A DNA stretch of 64,000 nucleotides, from assembly GCA_013150955.1 (NCBI GenBank), contig JAADJD010000005.1:31096-95095 (forward strand). Reading direction: 5' to 3'. The notes below the pieces were generated by a model. That model was not told the DNA's origin and made no database searches. It saw nothing but the letters and a program-made list of their open reading frames with translations. Below are positions 62,481 to 64,000 of this stretch, one piece after another. Within the stretch, counting starts at the first letter, position 1, and every line of letters begins with the position of its first letter. The position numbers were made by a program, and so were the translations under genes. The stretch is from Calditrichota bacterium. GTDB taxonomy: Bacteria; Calditrichota; Calditrichia; RBG-13-44-9; J042.

Positions 62481-63287
62481 ATGCAATATCGCATGGCGAA
62501 CGGGAAATGGATGGTGTTGCTGGGTATCCTTGTCGGATTCATAACCGGCCTGGCGCAGGATCATCCGCACCAGGTGTTGAAGCGCGACTGTGGTAGCTGC
62601 CATACGCCGCAAGGCTGGAAGACCATCGTGTTTGATCATCAGCAGACAGCCTTTCCGTTGAGCGGACGTCATACCCAGGTGGCCTGTGTGGATTGCCACC
62701 GGGTGACCAATTTCAGTCAGGTCAATCGCGAATGTTCTCGATGTCATCTGGATGTGCACCAGGGGGGATTGGGTCAGGATTGCGAGCGGTGCCATTCCGC
62801 TGTGGGCTGGCAGATTTTTGACGCCATGGAAGTGCACCAGAACACCAATTTCCCGCTGCTGGGAGCCCACGAAAAACTGGATTGCAAAAGCTGCCATCGT
62901 CGGGAGGTGCTGTCGGAGTATCGTCTGCTTTCTTCCGAATGTCAGGATTGCCATTTAACCGATTTCCGTCAGGCGGTCAATCCGGTACACACTGAGCTGG
63001 GGTTTGGTTTGAATTGCGAAAATTGCCACGTGTTATTCTCCTGGCGACCCGCTTCCTTTCGGGAACACGATGCGTATTTTCCCATATTTTCCGGTTCCCA
63101 CGCGGGGGAATGGAGCCAGTGTGCCACCTGCCACATTCAGGAAGGGGATTACAAAGTCTTCAGTTGCCTGACCTGTCACGAGCATTCTCAGAGCCGCACC
63201 GATAGCGAACACGATGAGGTCAGCGGGTATGTGTACGACAGTCAGGCCTGCTATGCGTGTCATCCCACAGGGGAAGGGGAGGATTGA
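62481..63287 (+). CDS. Multiheme c-type cytochrome, 10 CxxCH
   Basis: Signal peptide; 10 CxxCH motifs; same FPL.G.H repeat family. Confidence 0.92.
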   Translation: MQYRMANGKWMVLLGILVGFITGLAQDHPHQVLKRDCGSCHTPQGWKTIVFDHQQTAFPLSGRHTQVACVDCHRVTNFSQVNRECSRCHLDVHQGGLGQDCERCHSAVGWQIFDAMEVHQNTNFPLLGAHEKLDCKSCHRREVLSEYRLLSSECQDCHLTDFRQAVNPVHTELGFGLNCENCHVLFSWRPASFREHDAYFPIFSGSHAGEWSQCATCHIQEGDYKVFSCLTCHEHSQSRTDSEHDEVSGYVYDSQACYACHPTGEGED

Positions 63288-64000
63288 TGATGAAGGGGAT
63301 TTTGTATGGATGGATGATCCTGTTTTTGTGGGTGACCCTACATGCCCGGTCTGCGGATACGATGCGAGTGCAGTACCAGACGCCGAATCTGGTGTATGTC
63401 AATCAGGGACGGGCACAGGGGTTGGCCTTGGGCGATACCTTACGGGTGATCCGAAATGGCCAGACCATTGCTCGCCTGGTGGTTCAGTATGTGTCATCCC
63501 GTTCGGCGGCCTGTCGGGTTGTGCAGGCGGATGCAGCGATTCGGGTGGGAGATCAAGTGGAACGGGTGGAGCCCGCCACGGCGATTGCGGAGTCCCCCAC
63601 GGAGGAATCGCCCCGGATGACGGATACGTCATTCGTCCGCCCGACGCCTCCAGAGCGCGTTCATCCCGAATCCGCCGTCCGTGAACAGAAAGCCGCCATC
63701 CGCGGTCATCTGGCCATTCAATTTTTTGGGGTGGACGATTTTTCCAGCAACAATCGCGATTATGGAGTACCCAACCTCTCTCTTCGGCTGCGGGCACAAA
63801 ATCTCTGGCGACGGGGAATGCACATCCACATTCGATTACGATCCCGCTATTACCAGCGGAATCAGCTGATACCGGGTGTGGTTCCACAGCAGGAATGGCG
63901 CAATCGTTTGTATGAAATGGCATTCATCTATGAACCATCCGGTGCTCGCCTGCATTATCGATTTGGCCGCTTGCTTACGGAGGTAATAAACGGAGTGGGG
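63287..64000 (+). CDS. Partial gene (runs off the window): signal peptide, small beta domain, Pro-rich linker, probable outer-membrane beta-barrel
   Basis: Absent from the ORF track and translated by hand. The ATG overlaps the previous TGA. MMKGILYGWMILFLWVTLHA...VYVNQGRAQGLALGDTLRV...NLSLRLRAQN...MHIHIRLRSRY...RLYEMAFIY...YRFGR is open to the end. Confidence 0.7.
   Translation, partial: MMKGILYGWMILFLWVTLHARSADTMRVQYQTPNLVYVNQGRAQGLALGDTLRVIRNGQTIARLVVQYVSSRSAACRVVQADAAIRVGDQVERVEPATAIAESPTEESPRMTDTSFVRPTPPERVHPESAVREQKAAIRGHLAIQFFGVDDFSSNNRDYGVPNLSLRLRAQNLWRRGMHIHIRLRSRYYQRNQLIPGVVPQQEWRNRLYEMAFIYEPSGARLHYRFGRLLTEVINGVG

Noticed and set aside
63214..63684. 156-aa plus-strand ORF in the track
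   Set aside because: Wrong frame; the frame starting at 63287 has a signal peptide, is coupled to the upstream stop and stays open to the window end

Overview
Bacterial chromosomal window. The C-terminal sorting domain at 14714-16975 and the gene content suggest an FCB-affiliated lineage such as Calditrichota (inference). From left to right: (1) an Agl/Glt-like MotA/ExbB-ExbD-ExbD-TonB motor operon; (2) housekeeping genes arsC, aspS, a lipoprotein/LysM pair, phoH, thiolase, nusB, a phosphoesterase and secA; (3) a four-gene minus-strand block (ybdK-like, add, TPR lipoprotein, amidohydrolase) bracketed by ~500-bp inverted repeats; (4) gap-pgk-tpiA; (5) a PAS-kinase/sigma54 two-component system ahead of a type II sHdr sulfur-oxidation-like operon (tusA, dsrE, lipoate ligase, lbpA, shdrC1B1AHB3, etfBA, emo); (6) a ~2.4-kb array of ~600-bp composite repeats; (7) a convergent menaquinone cluster (menG, menF-D-H-B-A-C-E); (8) a cytochrome b-like protein, 20-heme and 10-heme cytochromes and a probable beta-barrel cut by the window end. 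Many intergenic regions carry a 167-bp MITE-like element with 3-bp TNA target duplications that nests inside itself and abuts stop codons. No rRNA, tRNA, CRISPR array or transposase gene was seen. All calls come from manual reading and motif recognition; no database searches were run.
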